Part shown: positions 1 through 11,776 of the stretch, piece after piece
How the letters are laid out: every line of letters begins with the position of its first letter
Position numbering within the stretch: position 1 is the stretch's first letter
NCBI GenBank assembly: GCA_951406725.2
Contig: OX597819.1
Span: 72,292,001 to 72,356,000, forward strand
Source: Octopus vulgaris
Taxonomy: Eukaryota
Reading direction: 5' to 3'
Length of the DNA: 64,000 nucleotides
Made by a program: the position numbers and the translations under genes
Notes under the pieces: generated by a model
The model's database searches: none
Told to the model about the DNA's origin: nothing
Seen by the model: only the letters and a program-made list of their open reading frames with translations

Positions 1-626
1 TGTAATCGCACCAAAGGGCCCACACCATCTCCAGATATCATCCCCCAAACCATGACACTTCCTCCACCGAATTTAACACTAGTCTTAAGGCATTTAGGCG
101 ACAATTTTTCACATACTTTTCAACGAACGTACTTTTTCCCATCTGAGTCAAATAACATAAACTTAGATTCATCACTGAAATGCACCGTTTGCCATTTTTC
201 TTGAGACCACAAAAAATGTTCGGCTGCAAAGGTAAGACGACACTTTTTATTCTTGGAGCTGATCAGTGGCTTCACTGCAGGTGTTATTGCTTGTAGGTCA
301 TGTTCAACTAAACGACGAGACACAGTTTTTCGAGATAAACTTTTCTTCAATACAATGCTCATTTTCCGAGAAACAGCAGCAGCAGTTTTAAATCTGTCCT
401 TTTTAACCAACTTTACCATAGCACGACCTTCTCTCTTAGTCGTTTTTCTTGGCCTACCTGTAAACTTTCTAGCTTCACACGAACCACAATCATCGTAGAC
501 CTTAAGAATACCGTATACAACACTTTTTGACTTGTCAACAATCTTTGCAATAGATCCAATACTTAAATTATCCTTCCTTCGAAGCTTAATAATCTGCTGA
601 CGAATTGGTAACGGAGTAAGTGGCAT
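1..626 (-). pseudogene. Tc1-family transposase, disrupted (stop/frameshift near 120)
   Basis: Paired-like HTH N-terminus, GRPRKTT linker and W..VHFSDESKF (first catalytic D). After the break another frame reads VKFGGGSVMVWGMISGDGVGPLVRL. Confidence 0.9.
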
Positions 627-968
627 TATATTAACAAAGTACACTGCAAATATTCTTACTAATGTTTAGTAAACGAACCGTCACGTAAACAAATCCAAAA
701 CATTAGAGTTCGCCGGTTAAATATACTAAAACACAGAGTAAAAGCAACCGTTCTGATCATTTTGGCCGCCATGGGTTTTGCAGTAAATCATTAAATCATC
801 CATAACTTTTGTATTATCCTCTCAAATTACACCAAAATCTCAGGCAATAACAATTAATATCGTATTTATTGTCTGTGATAATTATAAAATATAAAACAAC
901 TTTGATAAAAAATTATATCTACTTTTCTGACGAAAACAATGCCGTTCTGAACATTTTAGCCGCCACTG
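1..968 (-). mobile_element. Tc1-like DNA transposon, 5' part (runs off the window start)
   Basis: On the minus strand the TIR begins CAGTGGCGGCTAAAATGTTCAGAACGG at 968, flanked by TA (969-970). An inner copy of this motif lies at ~748-771. The transposase reading frame follows. Confidence 0.9.
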
Positions 969-972
969 TATA

Positions 973-1539
973 CTAGCAAACGCACCCATCCTTTGGACGG
1001 TTGTAATTTATTATAATGGTGCACTCCTATGGACTGTTTAAGTTGAATTAGCCCGCAGTTAGAAGTCGTTTCAAACTGATAAGCGTAAAATGTATAACTA
1101 CCATTTTCGTTAGTAGTTTATGATATGGTATTAAGAACGTTAAGTAATGAATACATTTTTTGAACACAAATTTGGCAGTTAGTAATAAATGGAAGTCCAT
1201 GAAATGAGATCGCAAGTTCAGTAGGCATTAGGGATTTTAAATCTTACTTGAAGCGTTTTGTATCATGTACTTATTTTTCTCGTAATGCCTCACAGAACTG
1301 CATTGAAGCTTTTTTATATCTGGGTCGTAGGACGTCCCGGAAAAAAATTTTTAATGCCGCCTCCCAGAAGTAGAGGTAGGCTGGATTGTAGCCACACTTC
1401 TATACAAGAGGGAGGACAAAATACAATTGATCGAAATTACAAGAGACGGGCTAACAATTTCAGTCTGTTATATATTCTGAGTATTGTTATCACTAGCGAT
1501 ATCAAGATATAACTTTGTATTTTGTATTTTATGTGTAGA
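973..1539 (-). mobile_element. Non-autonomous Helitron-like element
   Basis: On the minus strand it starts A|TCTACACATAAAA and ends with the hairpin ACCGTCC-AAA-GGATGGGT, a short spacer, then CTAG|T. This is the canonical A|TC...CTRR|T arrangement. Confidence 0.6.
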
Positions 1540-1597
1540 TGTACATATATAGATGTACATGTAATATGTACATATATATATACACATATATACATGC

Positions 1598-1637
1598 ACT
1601 AGCACTATGACCCGGCAACGACGGGTCTTTAATGCTA

Positions 1638-1639
<2 letters not shown>
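1598..1639. repeat. 42-bp palindromic mini-element with Helitron-type 3' terminus on both strands
   Basis: ACTAGCA-ctat-GACCCG-gcaacga-CGGGTC-tttaa-TGCTAGT. Confidence 0.55.
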
Positions 1640-1688
<49 letters not shown>

Positions 1689-2292
1689 GATTTTTTCCTC
1701 TGTCTGGCTGTTTTTTTCTCTGCAAAACAGAAAGTTAAATTGTGGAATAGTCATTTTAACGAGTTGTTTTTATTTATTTATCACCCGACGAGATACATCT
1801 GCACCACCGGATACTCCTGAACCAGTTGCTGAGTGTCACACAAGAGGAATCGATGCTAGATGTGTCGAGATAATTGTCGAGATTAATAATAAATTCTCGT
1901 ATATTCCATCGTCTACCTTTCATTTGTGTGTATGTGTGTGAGTGTGTGTGTGTGTGCGTCTGTGTGTGTGTGTGTGTTTGTTTGTTGTTTGTGTGCGTGT
2001 ATGTGTGTGTGTGTAATATAATATGTGACAACTATTCAGTTGCCATAATAAAACTCCGAGTTTCGGATGTCGGGGCGGAAACCTGTTCCGGCATCTCTTC
2101 AGTTATTGAGGCAATCAAAATATGCTATGAAAATGGCCGTTAAATAAGGGAGAAACCGAAGGGAGGAAGTAAAAAGTAAAGGAGTAAAAATGGTCATAGC
2201 AATTGCGTATGCGATTAATATATTACAGATAAATTCCTCTATTTACATAGTATCGAGGTCTCTTTCATTCTTTTGTTGTCTTACCATTACTA

Positions 2293-2361
<69 letters not shown>

Positions 2362-2415
2362 AGAGAGAGACGGGGTGAATGGTAGAGAGAGGGAGAGACG
2401 TGCACAAATATATAT

Positions 2416-2477
<62 letters not shown>

Positions 2478-2649
2478 AATATTAGGGAATAAATCCAAAT
2501 TTACAGGGAAAAAATCAGATTTAGGATTAAATCCAATTTTATAGTAAAATATTATATAATATTATTAGAGACAAAACCACTATTTTGCAAAACAAACAAG
2601 GAAAGACTTAATCAATACATAAAATTTTAATAAAAAGTCAAAAAAACCG

Positions 2650-2692
2650 CCACTACAATTGTTTCTTGTCCTGATCGACAATCTACAGGTGG
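2650..2692 (-). ncRNA. Minimal type I hammerhead ribozyme motif (A6U core variant)
   Basis: CCAC-CUGUAGA-UUGUC-gaucag-GACAA-GAAAC-AAUU-GUA-GUGG. Confidence 0.7.
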
Positions 2693-2799
2693 ACTTCCAA
2701 TTTTCAAGTCAGTTTCAAATTCGACGAACAGGAGAGAAGCACTGTAAAACAAAGACCCATCACGTTACATAATTTGAAACTGACTTGAAAATTGGAAGT

Positions 2800-2842
2800 C
2801 CACCTGTAGATTGTCGATCAGGACAAGAAACAATTGTAGTGG
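2800..2842 (+). ncRNA. Minimal type I hammerhead ribozyme motif (A6U core variant)
   Basis: CCAC-CTGTAGA-TTGTC-gatcag-GACAA-GAAAC-AATT-GTA-GTGG. Confidence 0.7.
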
Positions 2843-2925
2843 CGGTTTTTTTGACTTTTTATTAAAATTTTATGTATTGATTAAGTCTTTCCTTGTTTGT
2901 TTTGCAAAATAGTGGTTTTGTCTCT

Positions 2926-2987
<62 letters not shown>

Positions 2988-3107
2988 CAACAATCAAGGA
3001 ACGGCCATAATAGGCCATTCACCCACTAGAAATAACAGCCAAAGCTTCAACCGCAAATAAAAGTTAATTCTGTAAACCAGTAGAAAATTTAAAAAACATT
3101 TACCCTG

Positions 3108-3153
<46 letters not shown>

Positions 3154-3189
3154 TCACCATGTTGAACCACTGGACTCAACACGTTATTT

Positions 3190-3350
3190 TTTCATTCTCT
3201 CACTATATGTTTCCTTTTATTCCTTTCTGTCGAAGAGCATAAGCTCGAAACGTGAAAGACTTTCTCACTTTCCCGAGCGTCAAACTAATACACTTGCTTG
3301 TTGTTCACACATCTGTCTTCGTCTTTGTTTTTCTATAAATTTGAACTATA
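3190..3350 (+). mobile_element. Short PLE-derived repeat with a degenerate HHR (3223-3258)
   Basis: CTTT-CTGTCGA-A-GAGC-ataa-GCTC-GAAAC-GTG-AAAG. Same family as 21890, 22165, 31550 and 49300. Confidence 0.6.
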
Positions 3351-3391
3351 TAAAGTATATATGCCTATGTGTGTGCATGTATTTATTAGTA

Positions 3392-3430
<39 letters not shown>

Positions 3431-4084
3431 CAATTTAACACACAAACGAAAAAATACTAATATTGGATTTATATACTACACACACACACATATATATATA
3501 TATTCATATATGCATGTATACATATATATATATATACACATACATACATGAGTGCGTGTGCGCGTGCTCGCGCGTGTGAATGTAAGATTTTTGATGGATG
3601 TTTTAATGTAAAATGATTGAATTTCCACACTTTAGGACGTAGCTTATCAAAAGATATCATCTAAAGATCGTTGTTTGTTGAATCAATACTCCAAGCTGTG
3701 GCTTCGACTCCATTTTATTTGTTTTTTAGCCTCTTCTCTAACCTACTTTACTGCAGGCAAAAACAACGGTCAATTGGGGCTTCGTTGAATTGCGTTCTGG
3801 GAAGTATGTATAATAAATAGTGATGTTTTTTTTTCTTTATGAACGATTGAGGTCGTTGCCGTAGCAGTTGTAACAAACTCTGAAAAACATGTCTTCGCTG
3901 CAGTCCTCCTTCTTTGTTCAAGTTTTCAACGCTTATCACCTTCGTCAATTTAGATAACCTCTTTTCATATTTAGTCTCGCACATTTGGGAGTTTATTTGA
4001 ACTATCTTAGAGTCAGAAACGTTTCATGTCTGAAATGTATTCTTCCAGAAGAAAATTCTTGTCTTCAGGATGCAATTTTCGCAA

Positions 4085-4340
4085 TGTTACCTTCGAAACG
4101 CAGAGTAGATAAAACCATGGCGACTGAAGAAGGGGAATTTTCCTTGTGTTATTTGTCCTGTACTCTATTTTTTTGTTGTTTAAGAAAAATGTCCAGTTCC
4201 TTGGTTTTGTGTTTATGTTTTCGTTTCTCATTGTGTTCGACGTTTTTTTGGCGTCCTGTACCCATATATGCGTGTATATATACATGTAGAGGTAGGTACG
4301 TACATGTATGTATATATATATGCATATGTTTTATTTATTA
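4085..4340 (+). repeat. Dispersed repeat family 'GACTGAAGAAGGGGAATTTTCCTTGTG' (probably a retroelement 3' UTR)
   Basis: Homologous copies at 19078-19325 (+) and 48290-48545 (-), and a diverged one at 15345-15520. All end in (TA)n. Confidence 0.7.
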
Positions 4341-4378
<38 letters not shown>

Positions 4379-4393
4379 TGTATGTATATATTA

Positions 4394-4477
<84 letters not shown>

Positions 4478-4479
<2 letters not shown>

Positions 4480-4647
4480 CGCAGGAGTGGCTGTGTGGTA
4501 AGTAGCTTGCTAACCAACCACATGGTTCCGGGTTCAGTCCACTGCGTGGCATCTTGGGCAAGTGTCCTCTGCTATAGCCCCGGGCCGACCAATGCCTTGT
4601 GAGTGGATTTGGTAGACGGAAACTGAAAGAAGCCTGTCGTATATATG

Positions 4648-4678
<31 letters not shown>

Positions 4679-4892
4679 TTGTGTGTCTGTGTTTGTCCCC
4701 CTAGCATTGCTTGACAACCGATGCTGGTGTGTTTACGTCCCCGTCACTTAGCGGTTCGGCAAAAGAGACCGATAGAATAAGTACTGGGCTTACAAAGAAT
4801 AAGTCCCGGGGTCGATTTGCTCGACTAAAGGCGGTGCTCCAGCATGGCCGCAGTCAAATGACTGAAACAAGTAAAAGAGAAAAAGAGTAAGA

Positions 4893-4893
<1 letters not shown>
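4478..4893 (+). mobile_element. tRNA-derived SINE, family A (octopus type), full length
   Basis: GGCGCAGGAGTGGCTGTGTGG A-box head, GGTTCAGTCC B-box, internal microsatellite and GGTGCTCCAGCATGGCCGCAGTC...AAGAG tail. More than 15 related pieces occur in the window. Confidence 0.9.
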
Positions 4894-4928
<35 letters not shown>

Positions 4929-4930
<2 letters not shown>

Positions 4931-5143
4931 TCTTACTCTTTTTCTCTTTTACTTGTTTCAGTCATTTGACTGCGGCCATGCTGGAGCACCGCCTTTAGTC
5001 GAGCAAATCGACCCCGGACTTATTCTTTGTAAGCCCAGTACTTATTCTATCGGTCTCTTTTGCCGAACCGCTAAGTGACGGGGACGTAAACACACCAGCA
5101 TCGGTTGTCAAGCAATGCTAGGGGGACAAACACAGACACACAA

Positions 5144-5150
<7 letters not shown>
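4929..5150 (-). mobile_element. SINE family A, 3' half, inverted relative to the neighbouring copy
   Basis: Near-exact reverse complement of ~4670-4893. Confidence 0.9.
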
Positions 5151-5201
<51 letters not shown>

Positions 5202-5494
5202 TTATTTATTTATATATATTTATATATATATTTATTTATATATATATAAGTAAATATATATAAATTGAGTGGGGAGCTACATTGAGTAGGCATTGTTAAA
5301 CAATCCAATTTGTAGGAAGACAGTGAATTCTGGGATAAAAAAATGAGAGATATTTAGGATATTTGTGAGTCTGTTAGAAAAAAGAGATGGTAATAATTAA
5401 TGCGATTTGTTGGAAAATGGAAAATATTCGGAGAGAGTTGTGTGCACTGAAGTCAATCAGGACGAAGATTTAGAGAGAGAGAGAGACAGGTAGG

Positions 5495-5770
<276 letters not shown>

Positions 5771-5772
<2 letters not shown>

Positions 5773-5985
5773 CTTTATTATCCACACAGGGCTGGACACA
5801 GAGGGGGCAAATTACAAAGTAAAGCTTTTCTTTTGGGGGGAGAAATTTTTTTTTTAATTTCTTTAATTTTAAAAAAAATTTTAAATAAAAAATTTAAAAA
5901 GTGGGGTAGGTTTTCGATCAAAAGGGATCGTAACAAAAAGAAAGAAAAGAAAACGATCAATAGGGATCGTGTATCACAGAAATGT
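5771..5985 (-). mobile_element. Probable LINE 3' UTR remnant
   Basis: On the minus strand it ends CCCTCTGTGTCCAGCCCCTGTGTGGATAATAAAGAT followed by a tetranucleotide tail. This end is similar to the SINE family B tail. Confidence 0.45.
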
Positions 5986-6005
5986 CAGATAGATAGGTAG
6001 GTAAG

Positions 6006-6096
<91 letters not shown>

Positions 6097-6787
6097 TGCT
6101 GGGCATTTATCTCACTTATTTCGGTAATGAACTTATGAGTGCTTTGCCTGAAACTCTCGGCTTTTGAGTCGCTTTTGTAACTTGTACCGATTAAAAATAA
6201 AATGATGGCGTATGGATGTATATACATATAGCGAAACCCGAACAAACGTACATATAATGTGAGAGTGTGCGTATGTAAGAAGTGAGAGAAAGAGAGAGGG
6301 GCCGGGAGAGACAGACAGAGATTTGAATGCAATGTTAGGGAAGACATGAACAAAAACATTTAAACCGAAATTAAATAGGCTGGGCAAAGACGGTAATCCT
6401 TCAGTTATGCACTAATGTCATTGTGGTCAAACGTAATAGGCAAGAGAGAAAAGATATCTGCTGTAAAATACGCGTATGTAAACAGGAGGTGTAGCCTTAA
6501 GCTATCACGTGACATCTAATCATATGGTACGTGTCTTGTTTACGACGGCCTCGGTTGTTCACATGACAAACTTTAATTTTTAACTGCACCACACAAAGAA
6601 CAAGTGTGTGCATAATATGTGGGTGCATACACACACGCGCGCGCGCACATACACATTTATATATACAGACATGCATATTGCAACTTGCTTGTTGTGCTTA
6701 ATTTTCCAACTAAACATATAAATATGCATACTGTGTGCTTGCATATGTTTTATATATATCTTCATGTGTCTACGTAGGTGTATGCAC

Positions 6788-7460
6788 ATCCCATTAATAA
6801 AGCGAGTTTTTTATCTTTTATTTTTCAAAATTAAGATAAACAAAGTTCTTTTTTAATCTAAAATAGACTCTCCTTCATTTTCTACAATGTTCTTCCATTA
6901 CTGTTCTGACCTAGTCTACAGAATTCATATTTTTTCCGTCCAAATGATTTTGAAGACTGCGGAATAAATGATAATCAGACGGGGTAATGTCCAGCGAATA
7001 TAGTGGGTGGGACATCGTTTCCCATTCAAATTTCTCCAGCCTTTGGAATGTCATCCTCGCTTTATGTGGCCTAATATTATCCTGATGAAAGAACACCTTT
7101 CGTCTTGAATCCAAAGATGGTCGTTTTTCTTCTGGTGCTGACTTAAGCCGCTCAAGCTGCTAGCAGTCTTTGTTATAGTTTGGTTTGGGTTTTAAAAGTT
7201 CAAAGTGGACTAAACCTTTCATATCCCACCAAACAGATAACAACACATTATGTGGGTGAAGACCTTCTTTAGCCTGAGGTTCCGGTGTTGCTCCTGTCCC
7301 TACCTAATGTCCTCGGCGCCTGTCATTTTTATAGAGAACCTATTTCTCGTCACCAATCACAATTTGGTCCAAAAAAGGTTCATTTGTGAGACATGACAGC
7401 AAAGAAGAGAACACATTTCACTCTGCGTACGATTAGAATCAGAAAGTTTGTGAGGAACCC
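6788..7460 (-). pseudogene. mariner (DD34D) transposase remnant
   Basis: Motifs FHQDNIRPH and HPLYSLDITPSDYHLFRSLQNHL, with upstream IVIGDEK and LSVWWD-like segments. Multiple stops. Confidence 0.85.
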
Positions 7461-7989
7461 CCACTTCCCACCCCGCCCTATAATTCTGGGGAAGAAGCAA
7501 TGAAAATGCTTTGAACATCTTGGACTGAACTTGTATTTATACATCTAAGCAAATTTCGTTGCCGCACTTACGCTACGAGGTGTAGAAACGTGCGAATTCT
7601 GCGTAATTTAAGAAACGATAACACGTTTATCCTTTTACTAGTTTCAGTCATTGGACTGTGGTCATGCTGGAGCACCACCTTTTAAACATTTTCGTAAATA
7701 TCAGTTTTCATCGAATATATTGACAATAACACATATTCTAATATTGGGGCACATGTACCCATGACGGAAAAAATGGTTTTCTACACAAGTGTGTACTAAT
7801 ACGCGTTTTTTTTGTTTTCTTTTTCTGTTGTGAGTTTATATTTTCCAATATAAGACTGTTTTCTATAGTTAGTATACGTGAAAACTATAATTACAAATAA
7901 TTGTATACTTCGACCTTCCTCGAGAGGTATTTGCACAGTCGAAAGGAGTGGTGTCGTATCTTCCCTGGCCAGAACCTGTTGAGCAAAAT

Positions 7990-8480
7990 CCTTGAAAAGA
8001 CGTTTTCCTGGGGTTAAAATGTAGTAACTTTGTTCTTTATAGATCAGCCATGTTATAGTGGCAAAAAAATGTGTTACCGTCTCGTATTGTTACTACTTAT
8101 ACCTCATTTAGAGATTTTTAGAACTTTCTACTTTGCTCCTTACGAGATCAGCAATGTCTGCTGCTTCTCTGTTTATATATTGTGAATAGAGACGATTGAC
8201 TGCCATCTCTAGCAGGCAGGTATCCAATACCGATGACAGGTAAAGACCCAAAAACCATGGTCTACTGGTCTGGCCAAGCTGGAGGGGAGTGATTCGCTCC
8301 CTTGCTCACAATATATCAGATACAGGTTGTGTGTCGTTAACCTGCCGGAAAAGACGATTTCCTGGGGTTGAAATATATTAACACAGTTCTATATAGAACA
8401 GCCATGTTATAGTGGCAAACAATATTACCATCCAGTATTGTTACTTCTTATACCTTTTTTAGAAATTTTAGAACTAGCTA
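7990..8480 (+). mobile_element. Diverged direct repeats (~7995-8128 / ~8348-8476) flanking a degenerate HHR; PLE/retrozyme-like remnant
   Basis: GAAAAGACG.TTTCCTGGGGTT...CAGCCATGTTATAGTGGCAAA...TTTTAGAACT is present twice. HHR-like motif at 8224-8268. Confidence 0.55.
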
Positions 8481-9162
8481 ATATCATTCTGACTGAATAA
8501 AAACGAAAGGAAGATTTGGTTATGCTTATACCATGCGCAGCTTAATTCAGGCGCTACTTAACTCAGCAACATGATATGAATCAACAACCAATTCTTCGGC
8601 ACGTATATCAATACACCCTTATGTTTGTCATAAGAGTCGCTCTGAGAGAGAATAAATTTTAAATAGGAAAAAGGTAAACAAACACTGTCCTGGGAATAAC
8701 AGACCCGGGCAAGATCAAAATATCTCGTGAAAGAGAAGCGGGGAGTAAAATCGATTAAGTTTTCTAACTTATAATGTGTGAGTTTTGTTGTGGTACTATG
8801 AAGAGATGACATACAACAAAAAGTGTTTATACAGTAAGACCAGGTTTACTGGTTATCTAAGAGTTGCTGGTGTATCCCGGTTGGCAACTATTAACATTGT
8901 AAACACACAAAAGAAATAGTTTGGCGAGGTTTTATTGTGTGTTTGGGATTACTAATAATTCAGTTATACAATTTATGTGACAATTCATTCGAGAAATTAA
9001 CATGTGTGTGTGCATGTGTATGTGGGTAAGTGTGTGTGAGAGAGAGAGAGAAAGAAAGAGAGAGGGCTTGTGTGTGCGAGTGCGTGTGTGTATGTATGTG
9101 TGAGAGAGAGGGGGAAGATAAACAGCAACTACAAAGCATAGATATATGCAATGAGGCTACTG

Positions 9163-9572
9163 AGCGCAGCTATTTGGGTGCCACCGATTAGGCATGGCTG
9201 AATGGACATTCAACCTCTTCTGGTGACAACACCTGTTGGCAGTGGAGGCAAACACACACACACACACACACTTACACACACATGCACACACACTCATACA
9301 TATATACACACACATATAAACGCGCGCAGAAATATACACATACAGAGAGAAAGAGTAAGAGAGACAGAGGGAGAAATAGAGAGAGACATTACAATTCATT
9401 AATCGAACATAATTGACAGAGTGAGTGAGTGAGTGAGTGAGTGAGCAAGTGAGCGAGTGAGTGAGGTAGGGAGAGAACAAGAGACATTAAAACGAAACAT
9501 AAAAACGTCGAGGTCAAATAAGTCAGCGTCGATTCAGTGACGCAAAATCGGCGCCACCGAAACGGCTGTACC
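9163..9572. mobile_element. Possible decayed MITE
   Basis: Left CAGCTATTTGGGTGCCACCGATT resembles the reverse complement of right AATCGGCGCCACCGAAACGGCTG. Confidence 0.35.
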
Positions 9573-9919
9573 TGTAGGCAATTGCAAGACATTGACAGAA
9601 AATAATGGTTAATAACAGAGAAAATAGCTATTATCGAATATACTGTACCTACTTGTAGAAATTGCAGTAACTAATTTCCAAAGAAGAGGAGCGGCATGTA
9701 TCAAAGAATCCGATTTCCAGTGCCAGAGTTCATTCCACTACTCTTGAGTAAACGTACAAGTGTCACTCAACAAATTTATATCTATGAGAGAGATAAGTGC
9801 GGAACACTTGGTGTACCATTTCGTATTCTAAGTAAGAGCACCGTGTATTGAATGGTTCCAGCGAAACCCATACTTGCATCTAGAAAGTGGGTCGTTTTTG
9901 TTCAGAATAGAATGGGTGA

Positions 9920-10285
9920 AAGCATGGCTATGTGGTTAATAATCTCACTTTGTGACCACGAGGGTCCGGTTTCAGTCTCACTGCGCGGTACTTTCGGTAA
10001 GTCACTTCTACTATAGCCCCGAGCCGTCCAATGCTTTGTGAGTGAATTTGGTAGCCGGAAACTGTGTAGAAGCCCGTCCTATATATCTATGTGTATGTAT
10101 GCGTGCCTGTTGATGTCATTGTGCTCACCCAACACCACCACCATCTCTTGACAGCCAGTGTTAGCTTATCTTCGTCCAGAGTGGTCCGTAGAATAAATAG
10201 CAGACTTTAAAAAGTTGAAATACCGCGATCAAAGCAGCACTCCAGCATGGTCGCAGTCCAATGACTGACACAAATAAACGAATAA
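9920..10285 (+). mobile_element. SINE family A, old diverged copy
   Basis: Diverged head, GTGAATTTGGTAG.CGGAAACTG body and CTCCAGCATGGTCGCAGTC tail. Confidence 0.8.
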
Positions 10286-10439
10286 AAAAGGAAAACTGAA
10301 GTAAGATATTTTTTTCAAATACTTAACGGATTTTTTTTCCAAAATACGCATTTATTTCGTATATTAGTGGCATGACATTTAACTTGATTTTAACTGAAAA
10401 AAACTGCAATATTTTATACTGGAATTTAGCACTAATTTA

Positions 10440-10486
10440 GGAGTGCGTCTTATGCACGAATGCGACGTATTCATGAGTAAATATGG
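10440..10486. mobile_element. Terminal fragment of a pogo/Tc2-like DNA transposon
   Basis: GTGCGTCTTAT...GAGTAAATATGG|TA resembles a CCGTATTT-type TIR with a TA target. Confidence 0.4.
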
Positions 10487-11029
10487 TAAGCATTTTTCAA
10501 ATACTTAATTGATAGATAATTCGAAAATTATTCCAAATTTCTTTTTCCACAGAATAATTTGACTCATTTCCTGTACGTCTTTTCTATGGGCATCTGTAAA
10601 ATAAATATTTTATATATTACACATGGCAAATATCGGACAACAACGGCAAAGCTACCGCTTATGCTACACAGCCTACACTTAGCATCTTTCATGCAAGAAT
10701 TCTAAAGTCATTGCACCTTTGTAATACATCCATCATAATCTGTAACCATTTTTAGAGAAATACTTCCTTTATATTGGTTGTTCTTTGACTATTTTAAATA
10801 CAATATTTTTGGCAGCTGCAATTCTAAGAATTTAAAACCTGCCCAAAATATAACAGCTGCCAGTTTCTCATCCTTCATTCAAAAACAAAAACAAACAAAA
10901 TTTTGGTTTCTGTAAAGAATCCTCAATTACCAGACCGGAAATTATATTTTGAAAAACAAAATTTGTTTCGATAAAATATTATTTTTTTAAAAGAATAATT
11001 TGTGTTGCTGTTGTTGCTGCTTCTGCTGC

Positions 11030-11102
<73 letters not shown>

Positions 11103-11493
11103 ACAGCAGTAGTAGTAGTTGTTGTTGCTGCTGTTGTTGAGGTGGTAGAAACGTAAAGAGTCAGAAGAAATGCCTTGAAGTATTTCTTTTTCCGACTCAT
11201 TACACTCTGAGGTCAAATCCGGCCGAAGCCAACTTTGCTTTTCTTCCCTCGGGAGCTGATAAAACAGAGTACCATTCAAGTACTAGGGTCAACGTTATAG
11301 ATTAGCCCCTCCCCTTAAAACTGCTGATCCCCTGTCCAAATCAGAAACAATAAAAAGGGCGATGTATTGGCAGAAATGTTCGACCATCGGAAAAAATTAT
11401 TTGCTGCATTTCTTCCAGATTTTAAGTTCTGGGTTCAAATCCCACCTAGACCAACGGGATTGATGATATAAAGCGCTAGTCAAGTACTTGGAT

Positions 11494-11535
11494 TAATGGT
11501 ATTGACTAATCCCCGCAAAACAATTGGCCTTAAGA

Positions 11536-11593
<58 letters not shown>

Positions 11594-11706
11594 TGTGGTG
11601 GTGGTGGTGGTGGTGGTGGTGGTAGTTTTTGCTGTTGTTGTTGCGGTTGTTGTAGACGCGACTTTAATGGTATTGACTAATCCCCGCAAAACAATTGGCC
11701 TTAAGA

Positions 11707-11776
<70 letters not shown>

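Larger units (their letters stand above)
2474..2933. mobile_element. Fold-back element, probably inverted pLTRs of a Penelope-like element
   Basis: Apparently perfect 163-bp inverted arms (2559-2721 / 2771-2933), 49-nt loop and an ~85-nt one-sided extension (2474-2558). Flanked by (TA)n, with one HHR motif per arm. Confidence 0.8.

Noticed and set aside
3985-4341. Recurring 'TEEGEFSLC' ORF, and a possible type II hammerhead (GAAAC upstream of CTGAAGA)
   Set aside because: The frames are not maintained between copies, and I could not find stem III, NUH and a stem I hairpin between the two boxes.
4478-4560. tRNA genes
   Set aside because: The A/B-box sequences are SINE heads that continue into SINE bodies. 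No complete cloverleaf.
10500-10600. Possible minus-strand exon after TTTTACAG
   Set aside because: Weak donor, stops in all frames and no recognisable peptide.
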